Shown here piece by piece: positions 1 to 13,642 of a DNA stretch of 64,000 nt. The stretch comes from Bacillota bacterium (GTDB lineage Bacteria > Bacillota > Ch66 > Ch109). The stretch spans positions 64,001-128,000 of the forward strand of contig JBMNLH010000007.1 of the NCBI GenBank assembly GCA_050952625.1. Direction: 5' to 3'. Under the pieces are notes generated by a model. That model had not been told where the DNA came from, did no database searches, and was given only the letters and a program-made list of their open reading frames with translations. Both the position numbers and the translations under genes were made by a program. Positions within the stretch are counted from its first letter, which is position 1; each line of letters starts with the position of its first letter.

Positions 1-35
1 AACTGTCTCACGACGTTCTGAACCCAGCTCACGTA

Positions 36-119
<84 letters not shown>

Positions 120-148
120 GCCGTCGATATGAACTCTTGGGCGAGATA

Positions 149-185
<37 letters not shown>

Positions 186-341
186 GATGGCCCTTCCACT
201 CGGAACCACCGGATCACTAAGCCCGACTTTCGTCCCTGCTCGAGATGTCTCTCTCGCAGTCAAGCTCCCTTCTGCCTTTACACTCTCCGAATGATTTCCA
301 ACCATTCTGAGGGAACCTTTGGGCGCCTCCGTTACGCTTTG

Positions 342-377
<36 letters not shown>

Positions 378-624
378 ATGTCCTCACCCTGGTTTACAGG
401 GCCGAGTTAGAACTTCAGTACACAAAGAGTGGTATCCCACCGTTGGCTCCACAAATCCTGGCGGACTTGCTTCTCTGCCTCCCACCTATCCTGTACATTG
501 CCTACCAAAATCCAATATCAGGTTGCAGTAAAGCTCCACGGGGTCTTTCTGTCCTGTCGCAGGTAACCGGCATCTTTACCGGTAGTACAATTTCACCGAG
601 CCCCTCGTTGAGACAGTGCCCAGA

Positions 625-709
<85 letters not shown>

Positions 710-731
710 TGGGGCTTCGGTTCAGAGCTTC

Positions 732-812
732 TCCAGCACTCAACCCTATATATCTCCTTTGTGGTATATCTCTATTGATATACAAGATTGATATACAAGG
801 TTGAGTGCTGGA
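732..812 (-). other. ~80-nt hairpin insertion in 23S helix 68 region
   Basis: Perfect 14-bp stem tccagcactcaacc/ggttgagtgctgga enclosing AT-rich sequence, about 25 nt 5' of the helix 69 motif where a short loop is usual. Confidence 0.8.
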
Positions 813-1008
813 TAACCCCTCCCCTTAACCTTCCAGCACCGGGCAGGCGTCAGCCCCTATACTTCAGCTTTCGCTTTGGCAGGGACCTGTGTTTTTGGTA
901 AACAGTCGCCTGGGCCTCTTCACTGCGACCCCCTCACGCTCTTTTGTGTTCACAATGTCACGCTACACGGGGTACCCCTTCTCCCGAAGTTACGGGGTCA
1001 TTTTGCCG

Positions 1009-1040
<32 letters not shown>

Positions 1041-1503
1041 AGGATTCTCTCCTCGCCTACCTGTGTCGGTTTGCGGTACGGGCACCCTTTTGCCTTGCTA
1101 GAGGCTTTTCTTGGCAGTTTGGGTTCAGCGACTTCGGTACTTAGTTTTCCCTCGGCGTCACCTCTCAGGGTTCACGTAAGACGGATTTGCCTATCTTACC
1201 CCCTACCAGCTTGCGCGTACTCGACCAACGGTACGCTTCGCCTACCCTCCTGCGTCCCCCCTTCGCTCGAGCGGCTTGGGGTGGTACCGGAATTTCCACC
1301 GGTTGTCCATCGCCTACGCCTTTCGGCCTCAGCTTAGGTCCCGACTTACCCTGGGCGGACGAGCCTTCCCCAGGAAACCTTAGGCTTTCGGCGGGCAGGA
1401 TTCTCACCTGCCTTTTCGCTTACTCATACCGGCATTATCTCTTCCCACCGCTCCACCATCCCTTCCAGGATGACTTCCACGCTGTGGGAACGCTCCCCTA
1501 CCA

Positions 1504-1789
1504 TGGTGGTTGGTCGGTTGGTCGTTGGGAGTGACCAGCCTTGCGGCGCTGCCGTTGGCCGCACGGCTCTGTCGGCTTTGCACGCAGGCGTGCTGTCCGG
1601 CGGGGGTGAATTCCGCAGTACCCCCTGCCTTCAGCAATTCAGCTGAGGGGCCCCAACTGCTCCCCCTTCGGGGGGTGACACGGTGTATTTCTAAAGACAG
1701 TTTATATGCCTTTTGATACACTTCCAATGTCCGATATCCAGCCATTTCCTTTCCTCCCAACCACTAACCACTAACCGCCAACCACCAAA
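1504..1789 (-). mobile_element. 23S rRNA intervening sequence (helix 45) with heptamer-repeat inverted arms
   Basis: ~285 nt inserted between conserved flanks gaacgctcccctacc and tccgtgatttcggtgg; arms 1505-1530 and 1755-1787 are complementary. Confidence 0.88.
1531..1745 (-). pseudogene. decayed four-helix-bundle (23S IVS protein / Avd-like fold) gene
   Basis: RBS GGAGGAAAGGA then MAGYRTLEVYQKAYKLSLEIHRVT; family-like motifs PKGEQ, QL, IAEG and TAEF follow in three different frames; no stop inside the IVS. Confidence 0.8.
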
Positions 1790-1838
1790 ATCCGTGATTT
1801 CGGTGGCGGACTTGAGCCCCGGGAATTTTCGGCGCAGG

Positions 1839-1874
<36 letters not shown>

Positions 1875-2138
1875 TGATGGCTGCTTCTAAGCCAACATCC
1901 TGGTTGTCTGGGCAACCCCACATCCTTTTCCACTTAGTCCACACTTGGGGACCTTAATCGACGGTCTGGGCTGTTTCCCTCTCGACTACGGATCTTATCA
2001 CTCGCAGTCTGACTCCCAAGGTCCGATTGATGGTATTCGGAGTTTGAGAAGGTTCGGTAACCGGGTAAGGCCCCTAGCCTATTCAGTGCTCTACCCCCAT
2101 CAATTATGCCTTGAGGCTAGCCCTAAAGCTATTTCGGG

Positions 2139-2180
<42 letters not shown>

Positions 2181-3192
2181 CCCACAACTCATCCACCGCT
2201 GTTTCAACAACGGTTGGTTCGAGCCTCCACGATGTCTTACCATCGCTTCACTCTGGTCATGGGTAGATCACCCGGTTTCGGGTCTACAGCAACTAACTTG
2301 CGCCCTCTTAAGACTTGCTTTCGCTTCGGCTCCGTTTCCTTAACCTTGCTAGTTACTGTAACTCGCCGGTCCGTTCTACAAAAAGTACGCCGTCACTCTT
2401 TCTTTCGAAAAAGCTCCGACTGGTTGTAGGCATACGGTTTCAGGTTCTTTTTCACTCCCCTCCCGGGGTGCTTTTCACCTTTCCCTCACGGTACTGGTTC
2501 ACTATCGGTCGCTAAGGAGTATTTAGCCTTAGGAGGTGGTCCTCCCTGATTCCCACGGGGTTCCACGTGTCCCGCAGTACTTGGGATCCCATCCAGGAGC
2601 CATAATCCTTTCGGTTACGAGGCTGTTACTCTCTGTGGCGGGGCTTTCCAGTCCGCTTCACCTAGAATTATGGTTTCTTACTCCTTTGGGCTGCTGCCGC
2701 TGCCCAGGATGGTCCCGCTACCCCTCAAAAGCAACGCCGGCAGGCTTTGACACTCTTGAGGTTTGGGCTCTTCCCGGTTCGCTCGCCGCTACTTGGGGAA
2801 TCACTGTTGTTTTCTTTTCCTCAGGGTACTAAGATGTTTCAGTTCCCCTGGTTGTCTCGGCTAACCTATGGATTCAGTTAGCCGTAACTGGACATTACTC
2901 CAGTTGGGTTGCCCCATTCGGAGATCCCCGGATCAAGGCCTGCTTGCGGCTCCCCGAGGCTTTTCGCAGCTTACCGCGTCCTTCTTCGTCTCTTAGCGCC
3001 TAGGCATCCTCCGTACGCCCTTAGTAGCTTGACCTTAGTCTTTCTACCTTAAGGTTTGTTTGGTTTATCCTTTGGCTTGCGCTTGACAGAACTTTTTTAA
3101 TATTCGCTGTGCAGTTTTCAGGGTTCAGTTGCATCATCTCTAGTCGAGCGGCATGGTCGCTTCGTAAGATAATTGCTAAGTTTAAAAAATTA

Positions 3193-3268
3193 TGGTGGAG
3201 ATGAGGAGAATCGAACTCCTGACCCCCTGCTTGCAAGGCAGGTGCTCTCCCAGCTGAGCTACACCCCC
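3193..3268 (-). tRNA. tRNA-Ala(TGC)
   Basis: GGGGGTGTAGCTCAGCTGGGAGAGC...TTGCAAG...TTCGATT...CCACCA, 76 nt. Confidence 0.98.
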
Positions 3269-3269
3269 A

Positions 3270-3392
3270 GATTAGACCTTAGAGTATAGATTTTAGATCA
3301 TTTTAGATCTTAGATATTTCATTTTTAAGGAATCGGTGTTAACCGATTCCTATTAGTCTAATATCTAATGTCCAATATCCAAAATCTAAATA
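3270..3392. repeat. ITS hairpin with degenerate AT-rich heptamer arms
   Basis: ttagacc/ttagagt/atagatt/ttagatc units face gtctaat/atctaat/gtccaat/atccaaa/atctaaa units around a perfect aggaatcggt-gtta-accgattcct stem. Confidence 0.65.
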
Positions 3393-3394
3393 AA

Positions 3395-3471
3395 TGGTGG
3401 GCCTAGGTGGACTTGAACCACCGACCTCGCGCTTATCAGGCGCGCGCTCTAACCAACTGAGCTATAAGCCC
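3395..3471 (-). tRNA. tRNA-Ile(GAT)
   Basis: GGGCTTATAGCTCAGTTGGTTAGAGC...CTGATAA...TTCAAGT...CCACCA, 77 nt. Confidence 0.98.
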
Positions 3472-3585
3472 ACATAAAACTTTTTTATTAAGCCTATTGA
3501 GGTACCGGTTACTGGTCCCTCAAAACTAAACAGTTGTTGCGAAGTCTGATGACCGACCTAGTTTCGCATCCTTTCGGATGTTACT

Positions 3586-5273
<1,688 letters not shown>

Positions 5274-5472
5274 AATATCGAAGAGCTTATCTTGCTCTTA
5301 TTTACTATCTCGCTAGCTTGTCGCTAGCCTTGCTTTGTCTTGAAACTCTCGTTGATCGAGGTCCTTGACTTTTGCATCAGGCTTCGCACATTTTGACAAC
5401 TGTTCAGTTTTCAGGGATCAGGGTCATTAGTTTGCTTGACCGAGCTTTCTACCGCTCGGTGTCGCAGAACAT

Positions 5473-5501
5473 ATTCTATCATTCACTCTTAAGGCTGTCA
5501 A
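5473..5501 (-). promoter_or_regulatory. sigmaA promoter of rrn operon
   Basis: TTGACA-17 nt-TAGAAT on the minus strand about 200 nt upstream of 16S. Confidence 0.75.
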
Positions 5502-5858
5502 GGATTTTTATTCATCCAAATTATGCCTCTTCGATCGACTCCCAAAACCCTTTTATGCTTGATTATTCCAATTATCTTGAAATCGAATTTGCTATAATCT
5601 CACTTTCAAAGGGGTTAGCTTCCATTCCTGGCAACTTCCTCTCAGAGGAGCCTCAACAAATATAACACGCCTCCTCCTAGCGGATCAAATCACAAATTCG
5701 TCAGATAATCGGCATGAACCCACATTGATTCCATTAAACTGAAGTATTCTCTGCGTTCGACGTTCTTATGCATAATTTGCTTTTATCCGATGCAAAAAAC
5801 TCCTATGAGTATATTATATGACCGGGACAGCGAGCCTTCCCCCCTGTCCCAGAGTAGC

Positions 5859-7364
<1,506 letters not shown>

Positions 7365-7451
7365 TCACCCCGCAAAAAATATATTCCATGCTTACCTCTT
7401 TTACACGAAAACCCCATGCCGCAAGGCACAGGGTATTGTGATAAATCTATT

Positions 7452-7928
7452 CTAGCGACAGATCTCCATGATTTGATACTGAATCATCCCCGCCGGCACC
7501 TTCACCTCAACGATCTGACCAGAAGTCTGGCCTAAAATAGCCCGACCAACTGGAGATTCAATCGAGACTTTCTTCGCCTCCGGGTCAGCCTCTGCCGAGC
7601 CGACTACTGTAAATTCAATTTCTTCTCCATCTTCTAAATCCTTGATTAGCACCTTACTGCCAACTGATACTACATCGGTGGCGATATCTGCTTCATCAAT
7701 TACCCTGGCTCGTCGGAGCATTTTCTCTAAAGTTAGAATGCGTCCTTCAACAAAAGCCTGCTCATTCTTAGCATCTTCGTATTCTGAGTTTTCTGAGATA
7801 TCCCCGAATTCTACCGCTTGCTTAATTCTTTCTGCAACCTCACGGCGTTTAACCGTCTTTAGTTGCTCCAATTCTGTTTCCAACTTCTTCAGGCCTTCTA
7901 GGGTTAGGATTACCTCCTTCTCGGGCAT
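7452..7928 (-). CDS. greA: transcription elongation factor GreA
   Basis: [13 protein letters not shown] and SPVGRAILG motifs. Confidence 0.97.
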   Translation of the reverse strand: MPEKEVILTLEGLKKLETELEQLKTVKRREVAERIKQAVEFGDISENSEYEDAKNEQAFVEGRILTLEKMLRRARVIDEADIATDVVSVGSKVLIKDLEDGEEIEFTVVGSAEADPEAKKVSIESPVGRAILGQTSGQIVEVKVPAGMIQYQIMEICR

Positions 7929-8112
7929 TTAACTCGCTCCTTTATCTGAGAATAAGTACTCTCTCGCAAAGTATTTCTTCCCCAAGTCCGAATATCTTAT
8001 CAGTAACCCCAATTACTACCTACCGACCGTAGAATTGTAAAAATAATCAATATCGTTCAAGCCTTCACCCATCTTTGTTATTTCGGGCTGCCACCATTTA
8101 TCTTAGTTTGCT

Positions 8113-8141
8113 ATTATATAGACCGGTATCTAGCTTGTCAA
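8113..8141 (-). promoter_or_regulatory. sigmaA promoter of greA-lysS
   Basis: TTGACA-17 nt-TATAAT perfect consensus. Confidence 0.75.
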
Positions 8142-8196
8142 GACGCAATTCTAAATGCAGCAACCCCATTTCTCATCATTATCCAGATATTTTCGG

Positions 8197-8240
8197 TTAA
8201 CCGGGCATGCCTGTTAGGCACAACCACGGATGGAAATAAC
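8197..8240 (-). repeat. 44-bp dispersed repeat family D; other copies at 18013-18056, 47375-47418, 57311-57354
   Basis: Consensus gttattttcatnngtggttgtgcc-n4/5-ggcatgnncggttaa in four intergenic sites. Confidence 0.8.
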
Positions 8241-8325
8241 ACAAACTACGAGGAACGTGTTATTTTCTTACTGACGCATTTACCCAAACTATTATTAATC
8301 AAATATGAAACAATGTTGTTACATC

Positions 8326-9390
8326 TCATACATCTATCAGTTGTGGAATAAAGCCCAATCTGGTACTCATCTGATCCAACTGATTCACGCACTTTATTTT
8401 CATATATGACTCGGTCCCCGAAACAGTCAGTGGGTGATCTTGAGCCAGAAGCATCGTTTCAGCCAAGGCAACCGGCAGATTGCAGATTTCCGGAATTTCT
8501 GGTTTATTAAAGGTTAACTGATTAATCCACTCCGGCCAAGTAGCGTAAAAAAGACTACGTAAAACTTTAAATCTAAAGCGACTTCGAAAGAGAATTCGTT
8601 TTGAAAGAGTTACCATTAATTTATTTATCAAAAAAATATCTGGCCTGAATCTTTCAATTGAGTCCTTTGGTTCATACTGTCCCATTATAACCCAGGCCCC
8701 TGGTTTAAGTTGGGCCCATTCCCGTTCACCCCATCCCTGGTAGCTTTTATCGGTTAACAAAACCACGTCCGCTTCACGCAGCTCACGCTCCAATTCTCGT
8801 CCCAAACGAACTGAAACTCCTGTCTCATAAAGAATTTGTGTCGATAATAAACCAAATCCTTTTTCTGATATGCCAACTAAAACAAGATTGCGCAACTCAC
8901 CAGCCAACACTTGCGCGCAAAGCCTGCCTAACGCTCCACCAGCCCCTACAACCACTACTTTCAGTTGGGATAAAGGAATTCCTCTACACTTTGGTACCTG
9001 TCTAAGGAGACTCCGAATTATACAAGCACGATACACATTTCCCGAAGATAAAATGGGGAAGCCATACTTGCTGGCTGCATCAGGAGCTAGTTCTTCAAAA
9101 ACAGATTCACCAACACCTAGTATCTTTACTCCCAGTTTACGAGATAAAGCGATTACTTTAGAAGCTTGCCGGCCATTAAAGTCACCTGGAATCGTAGCCT
9201 GATCTTGGGCGGGTATTAGCGGAAGGCAGATTACCCATCCTTGCATCTCATGACCAGAAAGGGATACTAAACCCTCAAGACTACCGGCCAGAAAAGCTGA
9301 TGTACGAGTCAGAATTTGATATCCCGGATTATGAGAAACACTGGATAACCTGGGCTGAACTAAAATGGCAAAACTATTCACCCTTAACAA
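8326..9390 (-). CDS. Rossmann-fold oxidoreductase-like protein (COG5322 / acyl-ACP reductase-like), divergent
   Basis: VVVVGAGGALG dinucleotide-binding motif, SSGNVY resembling the family TTGNSY, and a LAETMLL C-terminal motif. Confidence 0.55.
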   Translation of the reverse strand: MLRVNSFAILVQPRLSSVSHNPGYQILTRTSAFLAGSLEGLVSLSGHEMQGWVICLPLIPAQDQATIPGDFNGRQASKVIALSRKLGVKILGVGESVFEELAPDAASKYGFPILSSGNVYRACIIRSLLRQVPKCRGIPLSQLKVVVVGAGGALGRLCAQVLAGELRNLVLVGISEKGFGLLSTQILYETGVSVRLGRELERELREADVVLLTDKSYQGWGEREWAQLKPGAWVIMGQYEPKDSIERFRPDIFLINKLMVTLSKRILFRSRFRFKVLRSLFYATWPEWINQLTFNKPEIPEICNLPVALAETMLLAQDHPLTVSGTESYMKIKCVNQLDQMSTRLGFIPQLIDV

Positions 9391-9632
9391 CTCCCTCCAG
9401 TGCTATAGTGTTTGAGTTATAATTACCGGTAAATCTAGTGAAATAAAAAAGGCATAGTCACCTTTCGGTTGATTCTATGCACGATTAGGCTAAGCTATTC
9501 AACTTTCTTATTTTTTTCCAGTCTGATAATAACTACGGTTCTGTTTAACGCAGTTAGCAGGCTAGACCGAGAACACAACCACTTAAAGAAGCGAATGTCT
9601 TTTGATACGGATAAATATGCTTGGGTGAACCC

Positions 9633-10538
9633 TTAAGAGATTAATTGAATAATTCTAGGCTCTAAACCTAGACGATTTAATAAATCCGAATACTCCTCAA
9701 CCTTGATCTCATCCGGGTGCTTTTCCAGGAGACTGACCAACACTCCTTCCATGACATTTGTTCCAAAAGAACGACCGCCTAATTCCGGCGTGGTGGTTAT
9801 CAAACTGGCTATCCCCCGACTTCTCAACAGTTCCAAATCCTCAACGGTTACGGTATTGGTAATAATCGTCTGTCCGTTCATCCTTTCAGGCAAGTGGCGC
9901 CGAATAAACAAAAAATCCCCCGCAATAATTTCGGCTTCGTGATAAAAAGAAGCATACTTAGGGACTACCTGCTCTTGTTTTTTTCCAGTAGGATATAGCA
10001 CACTAAAAGGCAGACGACTGATAATGGGAATCAAACAGCGGGCGGCTCGATTAAGGGTTTTTAGGGAACGCAATGGAATCGGGATACCCAAGCCAAAAAT
10101 CAAATCCCCATAAACTACCTCCGCCCCAACCTGATTCAAAGCCTCAGCCATACCGAACCGGTCCACCCCGGAAACCAAGAGAACCTTACGTCGCTGAAAA
10201 GAGATTTTCTTTTCCGCAGCCAGCTTCTCAATAACCATTCGCTCTAGAGTATTTTTCAGACCGCTTCCATCAACAATGGGGGTTTTTTTAGCCGCATTAG
10301 CAATCCGTCGAGCATCTCTTAAGGTATATCGCTTACCACCAGCATACAGATATAAGTCAATCCCGCCCATTCCGAAAGCATCAACTTCCCCATCCAACTC
10401 TCGAATAAGCGAGATAGCTAGTTCCATATCACCGTCGGTCCCAATCCGCTCAATCCAAAACTTTTCCCCCAAAAATTCAACCTCTACGCTGTGGTTGCGG
10501 CGGGAAGATCCCAGGCTAACGCTAACCACTCTTTTCAA
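9633..10538 (-). CDS. conserved protein of the family usually auto-annotated quinate 5-dehydrogenase; function unknown
   Basis: MKRVVSVSLGSS, GMGGIDLY, DGSGLKNTLER, GRSFGTNVMEG. Confidence 0.7.
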   Translation of the reverse strand: MKRVVSVSLGSSRRNHSVEVEFLGEKFWIERIGTDGDMELAISLIRELDGEVDAFGMGGIDLYLYAGGKRYTLRDARRIANAAKKTPIVDGSGLKNTLERMVIEKLAAEKKISFQRRKVLLVSGVDRFGMAEALNQVGAEVVYGDLIFGLGIPIPLRSLKTLNRAARCLIPIISRLPFSVLYPTGKKQEQVVPKYASFYHEAEIIAGDFLFIRRHLPERMNGQTIITNTVTVEDLELLRSRGIASLITTTPELGGRSFGTNVMEGVLVSLLEKHPDEIKVEEYSDLLNRLGLEPRIIQLIS

Positions 10539-11104
10539 TCCCGATTCCCCCTTCTTCCGGCATTCATGCTAACTGACTTCTGTCGACAAACTTGAAGTAT
10601 CTGCCGCAGCATTTCTGGCTCCACTCGCTTATCACCGGCAATTGGCGACTCACCGAGGTATAAGGGGATTACCTCTTTATCTAACAGGGCTTGCGCAATC
10701 TTTATCCTTAAGTCCGAACCAATCATTACCACCACGTCAAAAGTTCTTAGCTTCATGATTAAATCCATGATGGTATTAAGCAGTTCTGGTCCGGTTTTAT
10801 TTTCGACAAACCGCCACCTCTCTTGATCCGTCATTACAAAGGAAAAATCTACTGCCATTTCCTGGATTACGGCATCTAGTTCATCTTTGTTCGCGATTGG
10901 AAACCCAATTACTGCCACACGGCAGCCCTGCCTAATCTCACCCAACCCTTCCAATCGCGAAATGAAGGTGCGATCCAAACTTAAACGCTTCGCAACTTCT
11001 TGTTGTGATAAACCAGTTGCTCTTAACTCCAAGATCCGGTCCAGTTCTCCGATAATCTTTGATCGGTTGATTAGTTTGTCACCGATCCGAATTAACGTAT
11101 CCAT
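10535..11104 (-). CDS. HTH transcriptional regulator
   Basis: GLSQQEVAKRLSLDRTFISRLE helix-turn-helix; overlaps the next gene by 4 nt; start moved to ATG 11104 behind GAGG. Confidence 0.8.
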   Translation of the reverse strand: MDTLIRIGDKLINRSKIIGELDRILELRATGLSQQEVAKRLSLDRTFISRLEGLGEIRQGCRVAVIGFPIANKDELDAVIQEMAVDFSFVMTDQERWRFVENKTGPELLNTIMDLIMKLRTFDVVVMIGSDLRIKIAQALLDKEVIPLYLGESPIAGDKRVEPEMLRQILQVCRQKSVSMNAGRRGNRD

Positions 11105-11226
11105 AACAACCTCAAACAAGCCACCATTGGCTTGTACTCGTTAGTAATTATTTCTCGCAACACCACTTAGGTTATAACCAGTTATAAAGACTAAATATCT
11201 ATACTTAATATTACCTGGTTAAGCAG

Positions 11227-11250
11227 ATTGTACACATGTTTGTGTACAAT
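11227..11250. promoter_or_regulatory. putative operator (perfect inverted repeat)
   Basis: ATTGTACACA-tgtt-TGTGTACAAT about 120 nt upstream of the HTH gene. Confidence 0.6.
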
Positions 11251-11379
11251 AATTGTAACAAATTGCTTCTTTTATGACAAGAACCGCGCTGTCTTCACGG
11301 ACGAATGATCAATTGATTCTCAGTCCATTCTAGATAAATTTAGAGGTGTCGAAACATCGACACCCCCTCTCCTGTTTCA

Positions 11380-11428
11380 AGTGACCTCGTTCAGCTTCGC
11401 TGAACATCGAGGCTTCAGCTGGAGACTC
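11380..11428. repeat. miniature element family A, partial copy
   Basis: agtgacctcgttcagcttcgctgaacatcgaggcttcag shared with seven other sites. Confidence 0.8.
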
Positions 11429-12448
11429 TTAAGTTGTCCCATAACCAACCGGAAGAACCGTCCCTCCGGTTAGGTATTCCTCAAGGATCTCTTCTATTTG
11501 CTCAAGTGAATTCGCTCGGTTTATCTTTTCCCGAACCCGGGCTGCTCCGGGATAACCCTTCACGTACCAGACCAGATGTTTCCGCATCTCCCGGATAGCT
11601 GAGAATTCACCTTTCTGAGCCACCTCCAGCCGAATGTGCCGTTTAGCCAAGTCAATCTTTTCTGCCGGAGTTGGCGGCGGCAGGAGCTGACCCTCATTCA
11701 ATAAAGCAGCCGTTCTTTGAAAAATCCAGGGATTACCTAGAGCCCCACGGCCGATCATTACCGCATCGCAACCAGTTGTCTGCAACATTCTCAAAGCATC
11801 CTCCGGCTCCCAAATATCACCATTACCAATAACCGGTATGTTTACAGCCTTTTTAATGTCTCGAATAATCCCCCAATCAGCTTCTCCAGAATAAAACTGC
11901 ATTCGGGTTCGACCGTGCACCGTAACCGCGGCTATGCCACTACTTTCAGCCAGACGAGCTACAGCCGTTGCGGTTAGTTCTGTATCATCCCAACCTTTTC
12001 GCATCTTGACGGTTACCGGAATGGTCACTGCTTGAACCACTGCTTCAAAAATTCGGGCAACTAGGGGGAGGTTCCGCATCAGTGCTGCCCCTTCCCCATT
12101 AGTGACAATCTTTGGAGTTGGACAACCCAAGTTCAAATCAATAATTGCTGCCCCGATCGATTCAGCGATGCGGGCTGCTTCAGCCATTTTCGTTGGATCA
12201 GACCCAAAAATCTGCACCGCGACCGGGTAATCTTCCCCGGCTAGATCTATTAAGGCCTGAGTTTTAACACACCGATAGGTTAAGGCCTGGGCACTGATCA
12301 TCTCGGTAAAGGTCAATCCACAACCAAACTCAGTCGCCAGGAGTCGATAAACTTTATCTGTATAACCGGCCATTGGCGCAGCCAGGACTTGATTGACTAC
12401 CTCCAACGAACCAAGCTTAAATGAAGCCAGATCTAATAAACCTCCCAA
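11429..12448 (-). CDS. dusB: tRNA-dihydrouridine synthase B
   Basis: APMAG, NLGCP, VHGRT, VIGNGD, GRGALGNPWIF. Confidence 0.95.
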   Translation of the reverse strand: MGGLLDLASFKLGSLEVVNQVLAAPMAGYTDKVYRLLATEFGCGLTFTEMISAQALTYRCVKTQALIDLAGEDYPVAVQIFGSDPTKMAEAARIAESIGAAIIDLNLGCPTPKIVTNGEGAALMRNLPLVARIFEAVVQAVTIPVTVKMRKGWDDTELTATAVARLAESSGIAAVTVHGRTRMQFYSGEADWGIIRDIKKAVNIPVIGNGDIWEPEDALRMLQTTGCDAVMIGRGALGNPWIFQRTAALLNEGQLLPPPTPAEKIDLAKRHIRLEVAQKGEFSAIREMRKHLVWYVKGYPGAARVREKINRANSLEQIEEILEEYLTGGTVLPVGYGTT

Positions 12449-13213
12449 TCACCTATTTTTTTCATAGATAATTCTCAAACCTTCCAAAGTTAGCAACTGG
12501 TCGACCACATCAATAGTCCGCGATTCAGCGGCAATGAGCTCGGCAAAACCACCAGTGACCACGACCTTTGAATCTGGCCCTAATTCCGCCTTCATTCGCT
12601 CGACAATCCCATCTACTTGTCCAATAAACCCATAAACTACCCCAGCTTGCATACTGGCCACCGTATTCCGGCCAATAACTGATTTTGGTTTAACTAGCTC
12701 TATCCGTGGCAGCTTAGCGGCCCGTTGAAACAGGGCTTCCGACGAAATGCCAATCCCCGGGGCAATTGCTCCGCCTAGGTATTCTCCATGTCTGGAGATA
12801 GCGCAAAAGGTAGTAGCTGTACCAAAGTCGACTACAATAACTGGCCCGCCATAACGCTCGTAAGCAGCAACCGCATTCACCACCCGGTCCGCCCCCACTT
12901 CACGAGGATTTTCATATTTGAGGGCAATGCCAGTTTTTACTCCCGGCCCTACCTCTAGCGGTTGTACCTGAAAATACTGATGAGACATTTCCTCCAAAAC
13001 TGGATTTAGAGGAGGGACCACAGAAGAAATCACAACCGCTTTAATCGCTCGCATATCCAGACCCTGGTAATCAAATAAGCTGCGAATCAACATCCCGAAC
13101 TCATCTGAGGTTTTCTGCCGATCAGACGAAATTCGCCAGTGGGTAACCAGCTTTTCCCCCTGATAAACACCCAAGACCATATTAGTATTCCCCACATCAA
13201 ATACCAGGATCAA
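12449..13213 (-). CDS. coaX: type III pantothenate kinase
   Basis: DVGNTN, VGADR, DFGTATT, GGAIAPG. Confidence 0.97.
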   Translation of the reverse strand: MILVFDVGNTNMVLGVYQGEKLVTHWRISSDRQKTSDEFGMLIRSLFDYQGLDMRAIKAVVISSVVPPLNPVLEEMSHQYFQVQPLEVGPGVKTGIALKYENPREVGADRVVNAVAAYERYGGPVIVVDFGTATTFCAISRHGEYLGGAIAPGIGISSEALFQRAAKLPRIELVKPKSVIGRNTVASMQAGVVYGFIGQVDGIVERMKAELGPDSKVVVTGGFAELIAAESRTIDVVDQLLTLEGLRIIYEKNR

Positions 13214-13295
13214 CGCGCAACTCCCCTCTCCCTGACGTCTCTTATGGATTTATTCTTTATTGTAACCCCTCTCCGGTTTGTTGTAAATCCGAACT

Positions 13296-13556
13296 TCCCC
13301 ATGGCTTTAGGCAGGGGCTTTACGGCACGTTTCGGTAACACTATGCCAAAAAAAGAAACCCGGTCAAGCCCGAATCCGATGAAATCGCTGGCCTAATCCT
13401 CTAACCGGATAGACTTGGTCTTTTATCGGCAAATCAGCTGCCAGGATGTTTAAGAAGTATATGAAGTATATATTAACAAACAATTACGGTCTATCGGCCA
13501 CCGTGTCTTATATCCCCATGCCTGAAGGCAGGAGCTTTATGACACATCTCAGTAAC
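13296..13556. mobile_element. pair of 44-bp hairpin direct repeats resembling IS200/IS605-family ends; probable internally deleted element
   Basis: tccccatggctttaggcaggggctttacggcacgtttcggtaac (13296-13339) and tccccatgcctgaaggcaggagctttatgacacatctcagtaac (13513-13556). Confidence 0.55.
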
Positions 13557-13642
13557 TAATCGAGGAAATCCACGGGGTCCGGAAATCTCAGAAAAGTGTA
13601 TTAAAAATAATGGTGTATCAAAATAATGAGTATCCAAGTCTT

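Noticed and set aside
1531-1745. Diversity-generating retroelement (Avd-like gene)
   Set aside because: No reverse transcriptase or TR/VR pair in the window
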